DNA of 64,000 nucleotides from the IMG/VR virus record IMGVR_UViG_3300042429_001107; one strand, 5' to 3'. Under the pieces are notes generated by a model. The model was given only the letters and a program-made list of their open reading frames with translations. It did not search any database and was not told the DNA's origin. Position 1 is the first letter of the stretch. Each line of letters opens with the position of its first letter. A program made the translations under genes and the position numbers. The DNA comes from a virus. Positions 29,972 through 41,400 of the stretch are shown in pieces.

Positions 29972-30485
29972 TATAGAGGTTATTGATATAGATGACCATT
30001 TATTTATACGACAAATAAATCCAGGGGTTATTATAATGCCTTACACTTCCGATGAGTCAGGATTCCCTGTTAAAATAGGTGTTATTTCTGAGGTATTAGA
30101 TCAAAGACCTGGTGGAATGTCTATGACACTTATTACGGGATCGACAGAAGATGATGATAAAAATATTTATCAAACAGCAGTTAGGGAGTTAAGGGAGGAA
30201 TCAGGATTTGAAATTAAAGATTTAAAAAGATGGAAATTCTTAGGAAGTCTATACACATCTAAAATGGTTATGAACTCCAATCCTTGTTTTGCTGTTGATA
30301 TTACAGGGACTGTAGCTGAGGAGAAAGAAACTGACGGATCACAATCAGAGAAAGATTCAAAATTTGAATTAATTAGTGTGGACAATGCTTTGGATCTAGA
30401 AGATTCATTAGTTAGCACTTTATTTATAAAAACATTTAAAAACCTTTTTAATAAAAATGAACAAGATACAGAATCTCCCGAATAG
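29922..30485 (+). CDS. Nudix hydrolase
   Basis: Nudix box GSTEDDDKNIYQTAVRELREESGF. Confidence 0.88.
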   Translation: MELYEKADPKIIQKTGNIEVIDIDDHLFIRQINPGVIIMPYTSDESGFPVKIGVISEVLDQRPGGMSMTLITGSTEDDDKNIYQTAVRELREESGFEIKDLKRWKFLGSLYTSKMVMNSNPCFAVDITGTVAEEKETDGSQSEKDSKFELISVDNALDLEDSLVSTLFIKTFKNLFNKNEQDTESPE

Positions 30486-30645
30486 AAAGGATAGAAGAAA
30501 AATGGCCAAAGACCTTGGTCTTTTTGGTAAGAAAAAAGATAAAGCAGAAACGGCTGAATCTAAAGAAAGAACTAAAGCTGTAGGAAATCTTATTAGACTT
30601 AGGAATCTTACGGAGCAAAGAAATAATAACAAAACTAAAGACTAA
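30457..30645 (+). CDS. Small basic protein (NRKDRR motif)
   Basis: Fills the gap between co-oriented genes. Confidence 0.6.
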   Translation: MNKIQNLPNRKDRRKMAKDLGLFGKKKDKAETAESKERTKAVGNLIRLRNLTEQRNNNKTKD

Positions 30646-30648
30646 AAG

Positions 30649-30978
30649 TTGGAGTGTTTTAAATCATTTATAGTATCAAAATCTGATAAGGTTAAAACAA
30701 TAGATACAGATTCTATTGGTCCTTATCATGTTATAGATGTAAATATGTGGTTTAAAACAAACAGTTTAACCCCTTCAAATATGAACGAAATTCGCCAATA
30801 CATATTTGAAGAATGGCTACATAAAAAAATAGTTACTTCTAAAACAAAAGTTGTTTCTGGTAGTAACTTAGTGGTAGTTTATGATAGTCCTACCGATCCT
30901 TTTATTGATTTATTAAAAAATAAAATTTCCGAAATTCTTGAATTTGAATTTTGTGATATTATTTTAATAGATGAATAG
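30649..30978 (+). CDS. Hypothetical protein
   Basis: TTG start, 109 aa, operon packing. Confidence 0.6.
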   Translation: MECFKSFIVSKSDKVKTIDTDSIGPYHVIDVNMWFKTNSLTPSNMNEIRQYIFEEWLHKKIVTSKTKVVSGSNLVVVYDSPTDPFIDLLKNKISEILEFEFCDIILIDE

Positions 30979-30997
30979 AAAGTAAGGTATATAATAC

Positions 30998-32821
30998 ATG
31001 GCAGCACCTTTCTCATTTTCATCAGATGTACAAGATTTTGAAAGATCTGGTAAGAATATATTTAAGTTCGATAGCGACAAAGTATTTGCTACATACGAAC
31101 TATCCGATCTAGCAACTCTTCCTAAAAGTTTATTTTATGATGCTGCAACAGCAGATGGTGCGGGATATGCTGGTCTTTTTGCTTATTATGTTTTAGGTAG
31201 GGGTGCTGGAGGACAAAATGTTAAATACCATTTATCTGAGACAACTAATGAATTAAAAAACGTAACATCACAAGAATCAAGAAATCCCACAGCAGCTCAA
31301 ATAATATCAATAACTTCAGGAAAAACTAGTGAAAACTCTGTGCCTGCTTATTTAGATCCTAAAAGTCCTTATAGAGGACAACTTTATAATGTTAAGGATT
31401 TTATATTTTGTAAATATTATGGTATTATTCCTAATAATAGGATGATAACTTTGAGAAGATTTCCGCATCCTACATTAGATTCACTAAGAACTATTCCAGA
31501 TGGAGGTGTTGGAGATTTTGGATTTTCTCAGAAAGATAAAAAGAAAATAACTTTTGAAGCTAGAGGAGTTCCTGAACTAGGTAAATTACATGATAAAACT
31601 GGGGAACTTAACACATCCCTTCCTGTTGCACAAGCGGTTACATTTTTTGGTGGTGACACAGGTAACTCACTATCCACTGTATTAGGAATAAACACGGGTT
31701 TAAATTTTGGCGTACAGACACAGGAAGCTGTAAAAAATGAACAAACAGGGGATCCTGGGTTAATGAATTCTCCATATGGAGATTTAATAAAATCTTTAAT
31801 AACTGGGACTGGAATAGATTTTGATCCAGAGGTAGCGGATAATTTAGCTGGTACATTATTAACTCCGGAGAAAAACAGAAACAGATTACAAAGAATGTTA
31901 TTAGATCAGGCAGTAAGTGAAGACGGGCCGTTATCTAAAAAAATATTTGTCAATGTAAATACTGTTAATCAGATGATGATCAGATCGCAAGGTTTTAATG
32001 GAGGATTTGATTCCTTTACCTTGGATTTTCATTATAATTTAACATCAGTTGGTAGAATTAATTCTAAGATTCTATTTCTTGATCTTATGACTAATCTTTT
32101 ATCTATAGGATCAGATTATGGCCAATTTTTATCACCAGAGCTTAGATTATCTCAAACTAGTGTGGGATTAGGATTTCCTGGTGGACCCGCAGGATATGCA
32201 AAATCTATAGTTGATCCCATAGGTTATATTAGAGATACTGTTTCAAAAATGCTTTCAAAAGATAATGTTGATAGGCAATTAGAAAACGAAAAAGGATTAG
32301 CTGACCGGGTGTCACAGATAGCAGCAGAGGTTAAAGCTTTTGCTAATGATCCATCAAAAGGTTTAGGACCAGATTCAACACTAATGAAATCTATATCTGT
32401 AATGTTAAGTGATGCTTTTCTTAAGAAGGTTTATTTTTCTCCTATTATGCTTAGTGGATATCCGACCGGAGATTGGCATATGGTAGTTGGTAACCCTTTA
32501 AATCCTATTGCTATGATAGGAAATTTAGTTTGTACAAATGTTAAAATCACCTTCGGTGATGATCTAGGACCTGATGATTTTCCTACTGAATTAAAAGCTA
32601 CATATACTTTACAACCAGGAAGACAAAGACATAGAGGCGATTTTGACTCAATGTTTAATAGAGGTAGTGGTAGACTATATCTTGGTCAATTAGTATCTTC
32701 TGGAGAATCTACTAAAGCATTTATTAATACCAGAGGAATATTCACTAATGAAATAAAAAATATAGACCAGACAGTAATACAAGGATCTAGTACAACTACA
32801 GGATCGGAAAAAGTAAATTAG
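30998..32821 (+). CDS. Putative tail-tube/baseplate junction structural protein
   Basis: First gene of the baseplate cluster, GGTATATA 4 nt upstream; C-terminus (NLVCTNVKITF..DDFPTELKATYTL) resembles tube-initiator folds. Confidence 0.5.
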   Translation: MAAPFSFSSDVQDFERSGKNIFKFDSDKVFATYELSDLATLPKSLFYDAATADGAGYAGLFAYYVLGRGAGGQNVKYHLSETTNELKNVTSQESRNPTAAQIISITSGKTSENSVPAYLDPKSPYRGQLYNVKDFIFCKYYGIIPNNRMITLRRFPHPTLDSLRTIPDGGVGDFGFSQKDKKKITFEARGVPELGKLHDKTGELNTSLPVAQAVTFFGGDTGNSLSTVLGINTGLNFGVQTQEAVKNEQTGDPGLMNSPYGDLIKSLITGTGIDFDPEVADNLAGTLLTPEKNRNRLQRMLLDQAVSEDGPLSKKIFVNVNTVNQMMIRSQGFNGGFDSFTLDFHYNLTSVGRINSKILFLDLMTNLLSIGSDYGQFLSPELRLSQTSVGLGFPGGPAGYAKSIVDPIGYIRDTVSKMLSKDNVDRQLENEKGLADRVSQIAAEVKAFANDPSKGLGPDSTLMKSISVMLSDAFLKKVYFSPIMLSGYPTGDWHMVVGNPLNPIAMIGNLVCTNVKITFGDDLGPDDFPTELKATYTLQPGRQRHRGDFDSMFNRGSGRLYLGQLVSSGESTKAFINTRGIFTNEIKNIDQTVIQGSSTTTGSEKVN

Positions 32822-32838
32822 AAAAATAATAATAATAG

Positions 32839-33444
32839 ATGTTAATTATTGATATAATAGAAGCAAAACCTTATAGGACAGATCCCAATACTAAAATATC
32901 TTTATTGGATCTTGTTAGTCCATCTTGGGATCCAAAATCTATTGGTTATGAATTAAAAAGTATTGCCATAGTAACTGACGAAACTGAAATGAGACCTGAT
33001 TTAATTGCTCTTTCATATATGAGTGAAGCTAGTCATTTAGGTACATTATTAAAAATAAATAATATATCTAATCCTCTTAGCTTACTAAGAGGTGAGGTTT
33101 TATTAGTACCATCGGATAAGATGATGAAAAATTTATTCGCTAGCGGACAAGCTGTAAATAACCAGAAACAGAAAGCTAAATCTTTCAGAAAAGAATTACA
33201 GGAAAAAATATCACAGGTCAGTCAGGAAAGACTTGAGTATTTGAATTCTAAAAATATATCAAATCTAACAGAAACTCCTCTTCCACCAAATATGTTAAAA
33301 GAAGGAGAACAACAAATATTAGTTGAAGGTGGGAGATTAATATTTGGACCTGATATAGGAACTTGTAGAGCTAAGACAAAAAAGAATGTTTCTATTACTG
33401 ATATAAAGTCTAAGCTTGCACAGAAGAACATTTTTAAAAGATAA
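32839..33444 (+). CDS. Baseplate wedge protein, T4 gp53/LysM-like
   Basis: RPDLIA..Y...LLKINNISNPLSL..GEVLLVP. Confidence 0.75.
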   Translation: MLIIDIIEAKPYRTDPNTKISLLDLVSPSWDPKSIGYELKSIAIVTDETEMRPDLIALSYMSEASHLGTLLKINNISNPLSLLRGEVLLVPSDKMMKNLFASGQAVNNQKQKAKSFRKELQEKISQVSQERLEYLNSKNISNLTETPLPPNMLKEGEQQILVEGGRLIFGPDIGTCRAKTKKNVSITDIKSKLAQKNIFKR

Positions 33445-33447
33445 TAA

Positions 33448-35061
33448 ATGGCTGTAGATTTTAATTTAAGAAAAGCTATATTACAATATAGAGATCCCAC
33501 TATATTACTGGATGAATTAGGAATAGTTGACACGTCCTCACAGGAAGGGGATATAACAGCAAATGACCAAAGATCTGGAAATATACAAAAAAAATATACA
33601 GGGCTAGCTGAGCCTTTAGTAAGGATTAATAATGCTACTATTACAGGTATTAAATATTTTAATCTGGATCTGACTGGATTTAAACCCACACTTTTATTTA
33701 GATTTGAAACAATAGATGAGAGATTTCTTTTCACGTCATATCCTAAAGACGGTGATATAGTTTCTTTGTATATAAGGCCTTTTGGTGAATTATTTAAACC
33801 TATTAGGATGGATTTTATTATAAACGAGGTGATATCTCCTTTTAATAATGGACCATATAACACAAATGAACCATCAACTGGTAAATTCCTTTCCTTTACT
33901 GTAATGTGTGAAGTGAGAATACCAAAACTATATAAACATATATGTAAGAATATTAGAGGAACAAGTACAGAAGCATTAATAAAAATAGCGGAAGATCTTG
34001 GTCTAGGATATGCTTCTAACGAAGTAAAGATGAACGATCCAATGAATTGGCTTTCACCTAATCTTGATTACGAATCTTTTATAAAAAATATAGTTAATGG
34101 TGCTTGGTTAGGAGAGGATGATTATTTTGATTGTTGGATAGATCAATATTATAATATAAATCTAGTAAATCTTAAAAAACAATTTGACGAGCAGAATTCT
34201 AAAATTGACACAATGAGAATGGCTTACGGTGTTGATTCATTCGGTGATTTAAGTGGAGGTGCAGAACCTGCTGAAGTTGAATTCCCTATTGTTCTTACAA
34301 ATTCAACGCAATTTGAGAAGTCTCCCCTTTTTATTAAAGATCTTGCTTTGGAACAAAACTCTGGGTCTATTAATAAAGATCTAGGATATTTTCAAAAGAT
34401 TCAATTCTACGATGATAAATTAAAATCAGATAAGCCTAAAAATAAGTTCGTTGAATATTCTATAGAATCGGTAACTAATAAGGATTTAAGTTCTAGGGAC
34501 ACTTTAAATAAAGGAAGATTAGGAGAGGATGTATATAAGGACGAGGAAAAGAAAACTTATATAGGTACGATGTACTTTGATAATGTTCATGAAAATTTTC
34601 AACAGGCATCTATACAAAATATACTTAATAGAAATGATAGTTATAAGACTATATTAAAAGTGAAAAATAGAGCATGGACTCCTTTTTTATATAGAGGACA
34701 AACATTCCCTGTAATTATTATGAGCGAAGGGAGTACTACAGCTTCTTCAGATTCTGCAATGGGTCCAGGAGGAAAAAAAGCTTCTTTAGCACCAGACGGA
34801 GATAAAAGAGTACCTAATGTATTTCTCTCTGGTAATTATGTTGTTCTTGGTTTTAATTTAGAGTTTAATCCTAATGATGGGATATATCAAAGTATGATTC
34901 TTGGTAAAAAACAATGGACTTTAAATCCTGGGATTATTTCAGATCCTAAGACATTAGATCCTAAAGTTGATGATGCACAATTTAATGATTTAGTTAAAAA
35001 TTCATCTACTATATTACAACAAGAAGTTGGCAAAATAAAAAGCAGCATATTTGCTGGATAA
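33448..35061 (+). CDS. Putative baseplate hub (gp27/VgrG-N-like) protein
   Basis: Position between gp53-like and gp5-like genes; L..IA..LGL and C-terminal LSGNYVV pattern. Confidence 0.55.
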   Translation: MAVDFNLRKAILQYRDPTILLDELGIVDTSSQEGDITANDQRSGNIQKKYTGLAEPLVRINNATITGIKYFNLDLTGFKPTLLFRFETIDERFLFTSYPKDGDIVSLYIRPFGELFKPIRMDFIINEVISPFNNGPYNTNEPSTGKFLSFTVMCEVRIPKLYKHICKNIRGTSTEALIKIAEDLGLGYASNEVKMNDPMNWLSPNLDYESFIKNIVNGAWLGEDDYFDCWIDQYYNINLVNLKKQFDEQNSKIDTMRMAYGVDSFGDLSGGAEPAEVEFPIVLTNSTQFEKSPLFIKDLALEQNSGSINKDLGYFQKIQFYDDKLKSDKPKNKFVEYSIESVTNKDLSSRDTLNKGRLGEDVYKDEEKKTYIGTMYFDNVHENFQQASIQNILNRNDSYKTILKVKNRAWTPFLYRGQTFPVIIMSEGSTTASSDSAMGPGGKKASLAPDGDKRVPNVFLSGNYVVLGFNLEFNPNDGIYQSMILGKKQWTLNPGIISDPKTLDPKVDDAQFNDLVKNSSTILQQEVGKIKSSIFAG

Positions 35062-35075
35062 ATAATTTTTAAAAG

Positions 35076-37451
35076 ATGGCAGATTTTTTTGGTGATTTTG
35101 GTGACGAGGCCAAAAAATCTTTAAATAGAAAGATAGATTATCAAAGGGAAAAATTTCTAAAAGGGATTTCCACCTCTAAGCACGGAAAAAAAGAAGATCC
35201 TACATATTTACATTTTAGATTTATCTTTGATGAGGGTATTTCTGATCAGATAGATCCTGAGACATTTTTAGCACCATCTCCATTATTTAGCCCTTATAAA
35301 AATCCAGCTAAAGCTACAGGTGTTGAAGGTGCAACAGGAAATGCTGAGCAACCAACCCCGCCTTCTTTTGTAACAGGTGGTTCTAATTTCTTTTATCAAT
35401 CTAAATTTCGAATTGATGGAATGGAAGGTTTTGGTGCTATTGACCCACAAGATGGATATGCTTATATGGGTGCTCAAGAATATTTATTTCAAAGATCTAC
35501 ACAAAGAAGAGATATGCTTAACGCATTCAGAAATGGATTTCTTTATATAAACAAAAATAGTCCATATTATTTTCAGAGCATATCTGGACTAGATCAATTA
35601 TTAAAATCTGATATAAAAAACATACACAAAGGAGCAAGTAAACCACAAAGAATGGGTACTTTATCGATAGATTGTTTAGAATCTATTGATATGAGAATGT
35701 TTGCTCTTTCCGAACTTTACAGAAAAGCTATTTATGATTATAAATATCAAAGATCAATGCTTCCTGAGAATCTTAGAAAGTTTAGAATGTGGCTGGTTAT
35801 AACGGAGATTAGAAATATACAATTAAGTTATGGAATTGGTGATGTGCTAAACCCTTTCTCTATACCTTCGGTTGCAAAAGCTGCTAATGCTTTAGATAGT
35901 TTTAATTCACAGACGGGATTTTTGGATAAAATATCCGGACTTAATCAAAAAAGTACAAACACAGAAAAAGCTCCTCCAGAAAATAATGCCTTAGGAACCG
36001 ACGAGTTAGGGCCATATGCTTTTATTTATCAATTTGATCAATGTGAATTTGATTTTGATGATAGCTATCCATCATATTCCTCTATAGATAATAAAGGAGG
36101 TTCAGCAGTGACTAGTAAATTTAAAATACATGTCGGCAGGGTTAAGGATTATAAAATACAATTCAATCAATTAGCCGATATTATCGGGAAAAACGATAAT
36201 GTAAAACAAATGGTTATTAATGACACCTGGGGATCTTTAGGTAGTAGTTATAGAGATTATGATTATGTAGGAACTCAAGGGATATCAGATCTTGTTATGG
36301 ACGAAAATGATCCTGCTGGGTTTTTTAAAGAGATGGCTTCCAATTTTATAACTAATACTGTTGCAGATCTTAAGAATATAGGTGTTTCTAAATTAGAAAA
36401 TGCTTTACTAGGTAACATTTACGGATTAGGTGGATTAAATATAGCGTCAGCAGGAAGGAGTGCTTTTTCTGTAGCTAACACATTTAATGATCTTAAGAAT
36501 AATGGAATACCTGATCCCAGAAAAGATAATTCACCTCAAGGACAAGGTCTAGGAGGACCAGGGCAAAGACAATATCCCACTATCAACGAAGATGCTTATA
36601 CCGGAACTTCATCACAAAATAACGAAAATTTAGGAAATGTTTTAGGTGGTAGTACTAATCCTCCTGGTACATTATCTGGTGATGTTTATCCGAATGTTCC
36701 TGGTACAGATTTAGGTGGACCGGATAGGCAATATCCTTCAAATGATTCGGATGAGTATAATAATGTACCTGGGGCAGATTCGGGTGTACCCGGAAGAGTT
36801 TACCCGGTTCCTTCTGGAGATACATACCCCACTGTTCCTGGTACAGATTTAGGAGTACCTGATAGGCAATACACAACAAATGATTCGGATGAGTATAATA
36901 ATGTACCAGGCACAGATTCGGGTGTTCCTGAAAGGGTTTACCCAATTCCTTCTGGAGATACATATCCCACTGTTCCTGGTGCAGATTTAGGAGTACCCGA
37001 TAGGCAATATTCACAAGCAGGAGGGGACGAGTATTCTAATGTCCCTGGCAGCGATTTGGGTGTGATAGGTAGGGTTTATGATGAACCAGTCGGTGATGTG
37101 TATCCTAGCGTACCTGGATCGGATCTAGGAGCACCTGATAGACAATATTCACAAGCAGGAGGTAACGAATACCCGGAGCCCGAAATAGGAGTTGCTCCTA
37201 ATTTTACTAAAGTATACCCAGATGCGGATAATAAATACCCTAAAGTAAATGACAGGGAATATAAAGATTCAATTAAAGAATTTAATGATAGTATGGGTGA
37301 TGTTTATAAAAATGTACCAGGACCTGATTTAGGAGGCAAAGGAAGAAATTATGAATCTATTAGGACGGATGAATATAAAGATATTCCCGCGCAGCCTCAA
37401 ATTAATTTAGGAAGGACTTATACTAAATCTAATAATTCCGAAAACTCCTAA
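35076..37451 (+). CDS. Putative tail/baseplate structural protein with C-terminal 23-aa repeats
   Basis: Structural-cluster context; repeats of Y..VPG.D.G.P.R.Y. Confidence 0.6.
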   Translation: MADFFGDFGDEAKKSLNRKIDYQREKFLKGISTSKHGKKEDPTYLHFRFIFDEGISDQIDPETFLAPSPLFSPYKNPAKATGVEGATGNAEQPTPPSFVTGGSNFFYQSKFRIDGMEGFGAIDPQDGYAYMGAQEYLFQRSTQRRDMLNAFRNGFLYINKNSPYYFQSISGLDQLLKSDIKNIHKGASKPQRMGTLSIDCLESIDMRMFALSELYRKAIYDYKYQRSMLPENLRKFRMWLVITEIRNIQLSYGIGDVLNPFSIPSVAKAANALDSFNSQTGFLDKISGLNQKSTNTEKAPPENNALGTDELGPYAFIYQFDQCEFDFDDSYPSYSSIDNKGGSAVTSKFKIHVGRVKDYKIQFNQLADIIGKNDNVKQMVINDTWGSLGSSYRDYDYVGTQGISDLVMDENDPAGFFKEMASNFITNTVADLKNIGVSKLENALLGNIYGLGGLNIASAGRSAFSVANTFNDLKNNGIPDPRKDNSPQGQGLGGPGQRQYPTINEDAYTGTSSQNNENLGNVLGGSTNPPGTLSGDVYPNVPGTDLGGPDRQYPSNDSDEYNNVPGADSGVPGRVYPVPSGDTYPTVPGTDLGVPDRQYTTNDSDEYNNVPGTDSGVPERVYPIPSGDTYPTVPGADLGVPDRQYSQAGGDEYSNVPGSDLGVIGRVYDEPVGDVYPSVPGSDLGAPDRQYSQAGGNEYPEPEIGVAPNFTKVYPDADNKYPKVNDREYKDSIKEFNDSMGDVYKNVPGPDLGGKGRNYESIRTDEYKDIPAQPQINLGRTYTKSNNSENS
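36687..37170 (+). repeat. Seven in-frame 69-nt units alternating A/B (138-nt higher-order period)
   Basis: A = YPNVPGTDLGGPDRQYPSNDSDE, B = YNNVPGADSGVPGRVYPVPSGDT; differences are mostly at third codon positions. Confidence 0.9.
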
Positions 37452-37468
37452 TCAAAATTAACTATAAT
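37440..37468 (+). promoter_or_regulatory. Putative bipartite promoter GAAA-N19-TATAAT
   Basis: Ends 5 nt before ATG 37474; same spacing as the other sites. Confidence 0.5.
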
Positions 37469-37473
37469 TTTAT

Positions 37474-38412
37474 ATGAGCTTAGTTAATAGAGAAAAATTA
37501 GAAAGACCAAATACGGAGATAACCCATTATTTAGGTGTTGTGGTTGATAATAAAGATCCAGAATTTAGAGGAAGAGCAAAGATACGTGTTTTTGGACTAT
37601 TTGATCAAATAGAAGATGCGGATCTACCTTGGTCACATCAAAGATTTGAGATGAGCTACGGATTAGGCGGAGGATCTGGTAGAATATCTGTTCCTAAGTT
37701 AGGTTCAGTAGTTCATGTGCAATTTAATAATGGTAACTATTATAGCCCAGAATATAAAGCAGTACAGGAATTATCACCAGATTTAATAGATGAGATAAGA
37801 GTTAGTTATGATGGTGCTCATTCTCTTATATACGATGGTATAGAAAGATTAAAAATGTACTATACTGTAGAGAAAGGTCTTGTAATAGATTTAAAAGATT
37901 CTAAAATTATAATAAGGAATGACAATTCTATACTAATAACTCACGCAGATGATACTTCTTCAATAGAATTAAAAGGTGGTAAAATAACTAAATATGCAGA
38001 TCAAGAGATAGAGAATACTGCGGTTACTAGAATTAAACATTCTTCCGAAGAGGTTTGGATGGATGGTAAAACAACTAATCTTGGGCACTCTCCTGTTTTT
38101 TCTGCTGTATGTGCAGAACCTCTTTGGGACTTCTTAAAAAAATTAGCTATATCAGTTGACAGTAAAATGCCAGCTACTCCTGGTGTTAATTCAACACTAG
38201 CATCTAGCTTTGAACAATTAGCAACAAGCCAAACAGTAAGGGTTACTAGAGAAAATACACCAGATCTTCCTACTACGCCAGCACAGAATAATACTCCTGT
38301 ATCATTACCTAATACTGGACCTACTGGAATATTAGGAATTACTGGATTGACCGGACCTAATGGAATAACTGGACCAAATGGAATAAACCTTACAGGAGCT
38401 ACGGGAGGATAA
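37474..38412 (+). CDS. Baseplate central spike, gp5/gpV OB-fold, with short collagen-like C-terminus
   Basis: YLGVVVDNKDPEFRGRAKIRVFG, LPW, VPKLGSVVHVQFNNG; ends in eight Gly-X-Y triplets. Confidence 0.88.
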   Translation: MSLVNREKLERPNTEITHYLGVVVDNKDPEFRGRAKIRVFGLFDQIEDADLPWSHQRFEMSYGLGGGSGRISVPKLGSVVHVQFNNGNYYSPEYKAVQELSPDLIDEIRVSYDGAHSLIYDGIERLKMYYTVEKGLVIDLKDSKIIIRNDNSILITHADDTSSIELKGGKITKYADQEIENTAVTRIKHSSEEVWMDGKTTNLGHSPVFSAVCAEPLWDFLKKLAISVDSKMPATPGVNSTLASSFEQLATSQTVRVTRENTPDLPTTPAQNNTPVSLPNTGPTGILGITGLTGPNGITGPNGINLTGATGG

Positions 38413-38413
38413 T

Positions 38414-41400
38414 ATGGCAAGTATAGAAAAAAGAATAGATAAGCTCCTTAGTAAGGATTTTACAACAGTTAGCTCTGATGAAATAATCAATATAATAACT
38501 GACGGGAAAGTATCAAATTTACCTTATGATGATTTACAATCAGAAGAGGGATTTAATAAAGAACTTGAAAAAAATCAGAAAGAGGTAGAGAATATATTAG
38601 CAAGCTTAGAACCACAGAAGCCTCCTATTTCTATGAAAATGATAGAGAAATTGGCTTGTAATTATGAAGGTGATGATTTGTACAGTGTTATATTACTCGA
38701 ATCTTTAAAAAAAGAAAAACCAAAATTATATAAAGAATTAATATCTTCTGCCGAATTTAAAAATAATTCTGCAATAACAGAGAAAGATCTTGGAGTAACT
38801 GTAACTAATACTAAATCTTTTAAATACCAATATAAAATACCTTCTTCAGGTATTATTAAATTTCTTGAGGCAAAAAATCCTGATTTTTTAGAAATTGCTA
38901 ATGAGAAAATTTTTGATAATATGGACCCTTTATTGCTAGGTAAACCTTCTAATTCAGGAGCTAGAAAGAAAAGAGAAATGAATGTGCTTGGATTTAAAAT
39001 TCCTTTGGAATTTATAATGTCTGGTAAAAAAGTAGTACATGTTAAAATAGGAAGTGAAAAACAAACTAAAAAGGAAGCTTTAGATAAGATTAATAGCGTA
39101 CTAGATAAACAATATAAGAATTCAAAGCCTTGTGATTTTGAAGGTCTTGGTGAAAATATTAGATCAGAAAGATCTGAAAGATTAGATGATTATGATTCAA
39201 ATTTCTTTCCTGATGGTGATGACCCTATATTAGATGATGATTGTTTACCGGGTGTTCCTGAAGATCCTATTACAGGAGATCCTATAGTAACAGTGGATAC
39301 ATTTAACAACTTAACTGAAGATTTTTGTGATCCTCCTGAATACGATTTTTCAGATGCTAATGGAGATGAATTAGATCCAGTAGGTAATCAAGTTGATGTG
39401 GATGCAATAGATGCTTGTATAGATTCAGCATTAAAAAAATCCAAAAAGATTGAAGACGATAGCAAACTATTAGCTAGATGGAATCTTATTGAAAGAAGTT
39501 TAGAAGAAATATTTTATCACTACGAAATAATATATGAGTATCAAAAGGCATTATCAGAAAACTGGAGAAATAGAATTCCTGTAAATTCAGGAGGTGATCC
39601 TAGTAATCTTGATCTTGCAATTAGTATATTAACATATAATGATAGCATAAAAGAAATTGATAAAGAGATCACTGATCAGAAACAAAAAAATGATACGGAC
39701 AAGAAAAATTTCATTCAAGAGAACGAAATATTTACTGAGGATATTTTTCTTTTAAGTGGACTTGACACCGAATTAAATACGATAGAATTAACTAATCTAT
39801 TTAACTATCAAATAGAAGCTAATAAATCACCTATACGTTATGATTCAACAACACAATCATGGCCAGTTTCTGAAGGTGTTAGTGATTTTCAAAAAAATGT
39901 AGAGTCAATAAGAGTTATATTAATAGAGAAAGGATTTATATCTAATTTAATAAATGATAGGGATCAGAAGGTTTCTTTAAGAGATGCTGACCTTGCCACT
40001 TTAAAAAATAGACTAGGTGTAAATGTAACATATAATGATCTTGAGAGTGGATTCACGTCTGGCAGTTCAACAACAGACGATACAGCTGAAAGGGTTTTTA
40101 AAAGTGCTTTGGTTAATGGAATATCTGTTAATACTTATGATTCTTATGGATATGAATTTTTAGAAAAATTAAAAGAATTCTCTGTGAGATTTAAAAAAGT
40201 AGAATTTAATAACAGCTTAGGAGAATTACAATTTGAGCTTTCTTTTATGACAGATTATGGACGACCGCTTCCGTATGAGATAGTAGAAAAACCAGCACCT
40301 ATATCTTTTAAAAATAAAGTGACTAAGCCTATGAGCAAAGTTTCTGAGCCTGATATAAAGAAAATAAAAATTGGTAACGAATATGCAGGTAATGGGGGAT
40401 TATTAGCTAATACATCTCCTTCTTATTTAAAAAGCTATAAATTCATAAAAATAAATAACATTAAAACAGTAGAACCTGATATTGCTAATTTTTATGATTT
40501 CATTGAGACTATCATAAAAAAAGATGATAGCAAATCAGCAATAATTAAAAAAATAGTTGATGATAGAGGTATTTTATACGGGCAACTTATAGAAAAATCT
40601 GCTTCTCCTTGGTTATTTTTTACAGCTGGAGAAAGAGGAGATAACGATTCTAGAGATCCTGCAAAAACTAGACCTTCCAGTTTTACTAAAGACGGTGATC
40701 CAAATAAAACTTTTACTGATTTTTGGGGAAAATTTAAAGATAAATGGGACAGTAAATACAAGGAGAATAAAACAAGATATATTGATCCTGCAATGGTAGA
40801 ATTAAAAAATGAAGCCAGAAAAGCAGGTGAAGGCTTGGGTAAGACATTGCCGACTAGTGATGCTATAGGAGTTAGGATATTCGAAAACTATTTCGATGTT
40901 AAACAAAAATACGAGCAAATTCAGGACATTATATTATATGTAGCACAAAAAAGAGCTGAGATAGAAGGATCTTTAAGTCCGGAGAATTTGAGTAAATCTT
41001 TCTCTGATGTTAAATGCTCAGGAGGAGATGGACAAGGAAATGGAGATGATCCAGAAAACTGCCCACCTAAATGTTGTGGACCTGCTGGTACGGATTTTAA
41101 TTCTGAAAATTATTTAACTTCTGCAGGACCAAGTTCAGATTGCCCTACGATGTATCAAAAATGCTGGTGGAAGCAATTCTGTAAAGATTTAACAAAAGTC
41201 GGCTTGCTTCCTTATCCTAACGGATTACCTCCTATTGAAGATCCTAAGTATTTCTTGGCAGCTGGTCCTAGTGTTAGATTGGGATTGAAATATTGGCCTG
41301 TAGGATATTTACCTCCTGCATTTATTCCTATACCTTTTGCTAATCCAATAGACGGACTTCCTTATATAAGAATTCCGTTACCTATGATATGGACAACCAT

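Noticed and set aside
30620-30648. Sixth GAAA-N19-TAAAA match
   Set aside because: Lies mostly inside a coding region, mismatches the last base and leaves no room before the TTG start.
33222-33863. 213-aa minus-strand ORF and the other short antisense or nested ORFs in the track
   Set aside because: They overlap well-supported genes, have no recognisable motifs and lack upstream promoter motifs.
36687-37170. Possible CRISPR array or DGR template/variable repeat pair
   Set aside because: No unique spacers, the units are in-frame codon repeats, mismatches are not adenine-specific, and no cas or reverse transcriptase gene is in the window.
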